Shown one piece after another: positions 61,780-64,000 of a stretch of DNA of 64,000 nucleotides (positions are counted from its first letter, which is position 1; each line of letters opens with the position of its first letter). The notes beneath the pieces are model-generated. The model was not told the origin of the DNA. It was given only the letters and a program-made list of their open reading frames with translations, and ran no database searches. A program made the translations under genes and the position numbers. The DNA is from an uncultured Pelagibacteraceae bacterium (GTDB lineage Bacteria; Pseudomonadota; Alphaproteobacteria; Pelagibacterales; Pelagibacteraceae), in assembly GCA_902540545.1 (NCBI GenBank), contig CACBMY010000001.1, forward strand, positions 41,077-105,076. The letters are read 5' to 3'.

Positions 61780-62306
61780 TTTAATTCATTTAACCAATTT
61801 AAAAATTCATCACTGTTAAAATCTACTGAGCCAACAATTCTTGCAAACTCATAACCATCTTTATCAATGAATATTGTTGTGGGTATTCCTCTTAATTTTA
61901 AATTTTTTGCAATTCCAGCACCATCACCAACAAAAACTTGTAATTCTTCTATGAGCAGTTCATCAAAAAACTTCTTAGATTTACTAATATTTTCTCCACC
62001 TATATTTATTGGGATAATCTTTAATTTTTTTTCATCCTTAATTTTTTGAAGACTACTTAAAGATGGCATTTCCTCTCTACAAGGCGCACACCAGGTTGCC
62101 CAAAAATTCAGAATAATTAATTCGGATTTAAAATCTTTCAAATTAACTTTATTTCCAGCCTCATTTAAAAAGTCAAAAAACTTAATTTTTTGTTTTTCCT
62201 CATAAATTATTAGATTTTTTATATTTGGCGCTTCTATTGAATATGAAGAGCTAAATGATATGAAGTAAAGAAATATTATTTTAATGGATATAAATATAAA
62301 TTTCAT
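61776..62306 (-). CDS. TlpA-family thiol:disulfide oxidoreductase
   Basis: LNFWATWCAPCREEMP, GIPTT; likely start MKFIF at 62306. Confidence 0.92.
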   Translation of the reverse strand: MKFIFISIKIIFLYFISFSSSYSIEAPNIKNLIIYEEKQKIKFFDFLNEAGNKVNLKDFKSELIILNFWATWCAPCREEMPSLSSLQKIKDEKKLKIIPINIGGENISKSKKFFDELLIEELQVFVGDGAGIAKNLKLRGIPTTIFIDKDGYEFARIVGSVDFNSDEFLNWLNELN

Positions 62307-62325
62307 AAATTTGTAATTGAATAAC

Positions 62326-63714
62326 ATGAGTAAAAATAAAAACAATAAACCAATTTGGGGTACAAGAATTAAGAAAAATGCCTCAACTTTATTTAAAAAA
62401 GTTGGTGGTTCATTACCGGTAGATAAAAGACTATTTAAAGAAGATATCGAAGGATCAATTGCCCATGTTGAAATGCTTCACAAACAGAAAATTATAAATT
62501 TCAGAATAAAGAATAAAATAATCTGGGGATTAAAAAGAATTAAAAATGAAATTGTAAAAAAAAAATTCAATTTTGATTATGATTTAGAGGATATTCATAT
62601 GAATATAGAAAACAGATTATTTGAACTGATTGGTGATGATGCTGGATATGTTCATACTGCTAGATCTAGAAATGATCAGGTAATTACCGATCTAAAATTG
62701 TGGTTAAAAGAAGCAACAAAAAAAATAATAATCTTATTAGATAATACAAATTCAAATATTTTAAATCTTGCACAAAAAAATATCAGAACAATTATGCCAG
62801 GATTTACGCATTTAAAAAATGCACAACCATTATCTTTAGCACATTATTTACTAGCATATGTTGAAATGTTTAAGAGAGATAAGAAAAAATTTAAGAATAA
62901 TTTAGAGTTTTTAGATGAAAATCCTTTAGGCGTAGGTGCTTTATCTGGCACTTCTTTTAAAATTGACAGAAATTACACCACAAAAAAACTTAAATTTAAA
63001 AAACCAACAAACAATTCTGTAGATACTGTATCTGATAGAGATTTTGTATTAGACTTTTTGTATTCTTCTCTAGCTTGTTCTTTACACATTTCTAGAATTG
63101 CTGAAGAACTCATAATTTGGAATTCTGATGCATTTAACATGATAACTTTAAATGATAAATTAGTAACTGGTTCGTCTATAATGCCCCAAAAAAAGAATCC
63201 TGACCCATTGGAATATTTAAGAGGTAAAACTGGAATATTTATAGGAAATATCAATTCTATGATTTCAATATTAAAAGGGTTACCTTTATCATATTTTAAG
63301 GATTTGCAGGATGACAAAGAAATTGTTTTTAAAACAAATGATCAATTAAAAATATCATTGTCATTGTTGAATGATGTAATAAAAAATTTGATAATAAATA
63401 AAAAAAGTATGCTATCTCTTGCGGGAAAAGGTTTTACTACAGCGACAGATTTATCTGATTTTATTGTAAGAGAGCTTGGATACCCATTTAGAAAGGCATA
63501 CATACAAACAGCAAAAATAATTAATTTGGCAGAAAAAAAAAACAAAAAACTTCACGAACTAGAATTGAAAGAAATAAATCAAATTGAGCCAAAACTTACA
63601 TTAAATGTTTATAAAATACTTGATCTAGAAAATTCAATTAATTCAAAAAAATCTTATGGTGGAACCTCTTTTGAGAACGTTAAGAAAATGATAAAAAAAG
63701 CAAAAAATGAGTAA
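62326..63714 (+). CDS. argH: Argininosuccinate lyase
   Basis: EDIH, HTARSRNDQ, MPGFTH, GSSIMPQKKNPD. Confidence 0.97.
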   Translation: MSKNKNNKPIWGTRIKKNASTLFKKVGGSLPVDKRLFKEDIEGSIAHVEMLHKQKIINFRIKNKIIWGLKRIKNEIVKKKFNFDYDLEDIHMNIENRLFELIGDDAGYVHTARSRNDQVITDLKLWLKEATKKIIILLDNTNSNILNLAQKNIRTIMPGFTHLKNAQPLSLAHYLLAYVEMFKRDKKKFKNNLEFLDENPLGVGALSGTSFKIDRNYTTKKLKFKKPTNNSVDTVSDRDFVLDFLYSSLACSLHISRIAEELIIWNSDAFNMITLNDKLVTGSSIMPQKKNPDPLEYLRGKTGIFIGNINSMISILKGLPLSYFKDLQDDKEIVFKTNDQLKISLSLLNDVIKNLIINKKSMLSLAGKGFTTATDLSDFIVRELGYPFRKAYIQTAKIINLAEKKNKKLHELELKEINQIEPKLTLNVYKILDLENSINSKKSYGGTSFENVKKMIKKAKNE

Positions 63715-63823
63715 AAAAATTTTAATTATTATACTTTGTTTATATTTTGTAGTTGCTTGTGGGCGTAAAGATGATCCAGAATACAAATCTGAATTAATTA
63801 AGAATATTCAAAAAGTATTATGA
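63707..63823 (+). CDS. Small lipoprotein, LptM/YifL/LppL-like, 38 aa
   Basis: Read by hand: MSKKILIIILCLYFVVA-CGRKDDPEYKSELIKNIQKVL; lipobox VVA-C; overlaps the argH stop and the lysA start. Confidence 0.8.
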   Translation: MSKKILIIILCLYFVVACGRKDDPEYKSELIKNIQKVL

Positions 63824-64000
63824 GATATATAAACAATAAATTTTTTATTGAAGGAAAAAATATTGAGAGTCTAACAAAAAAATTTAATACACCTCTATAC
63901 TGCTACTCTTATAAAAATTTAAGAGAAAATGTAGCGAATTTTAAAAGAGCTTTTAAGGAAGTTAAACCTCTAGTTTGTTTTTCCGTAAAATCTAATTCAA
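63820..64000 (+). CDS. lysA: Diaminopimelate decarboxylase, partial (N-terminus)
   Basis: Read by hand: MRYINNKFFIEG...FNTPLYCYS...VCFSVKSNS (PLP lysine motif). Confidence 0.9.
   Translation, partial: MRYINNKFFIEGKNIESLTKKFNTPLYCYSYKNLRENVANFKRAFKEVKPLVCFSVKSNS

Overview
A very AT-rich, extremely gene-dense alphaproteobacterial chromosomal segment. Gene content, gene order and tiny intergenic spacers fit a streamlined SAR11/Pelagibacter-type genome; this is an inference, as there is no rRNA gene in the window. The content is almost all core genome: rpmH-rnpA-yidD-yidC-argB-HAD-dapD-dapE-deacetylase-SET, def-fmt-truA, aroKB, bolA/J-domain-cobS-cobT, gyrB-regB, thrS-infC-rpmI-rplT-pheST-lepA, gltDB, uppP, aceEF, a TAXI-TRAP transporter, helicase-terB-fdxA-carD, fadD, dsbB-coq7 and argH-lipoprotein-lysA, plus four tRNAs (Thr-GGT, Ser-GGA, Arg-ACG, Leu-CAA). 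I saw no mobile element, prophage or CRISPR array. The most striking feature missing from the ORF track is a complete micro-gene at 56503-56586 (minus strand). It encodes a 27-aa peptide with 20 Lys/Arg (MAKRRKKAAKKKTKKKAKKKAKKKRRK) and has its own TTGACA promoter, 5' hairpin, Shine-Dalgarno and strand-specific terminator. It converges on a carD gene that carries an approximately 110-aa Lys-rich N-terminal tail. The window also has a tightly linked HDAC-family deacetylase and SET-domain lysine methyltransferase pair. Together these suggest a minimal lysine-modification, chromatin-like system (hypothesis only). Other oddities: AceE with a fused lipoyl domain, DapD/DapE with apparently altered acyl-binding residues, RegB with a non-acidic H+1 residue, a short GyrB, and cobST without cobN.
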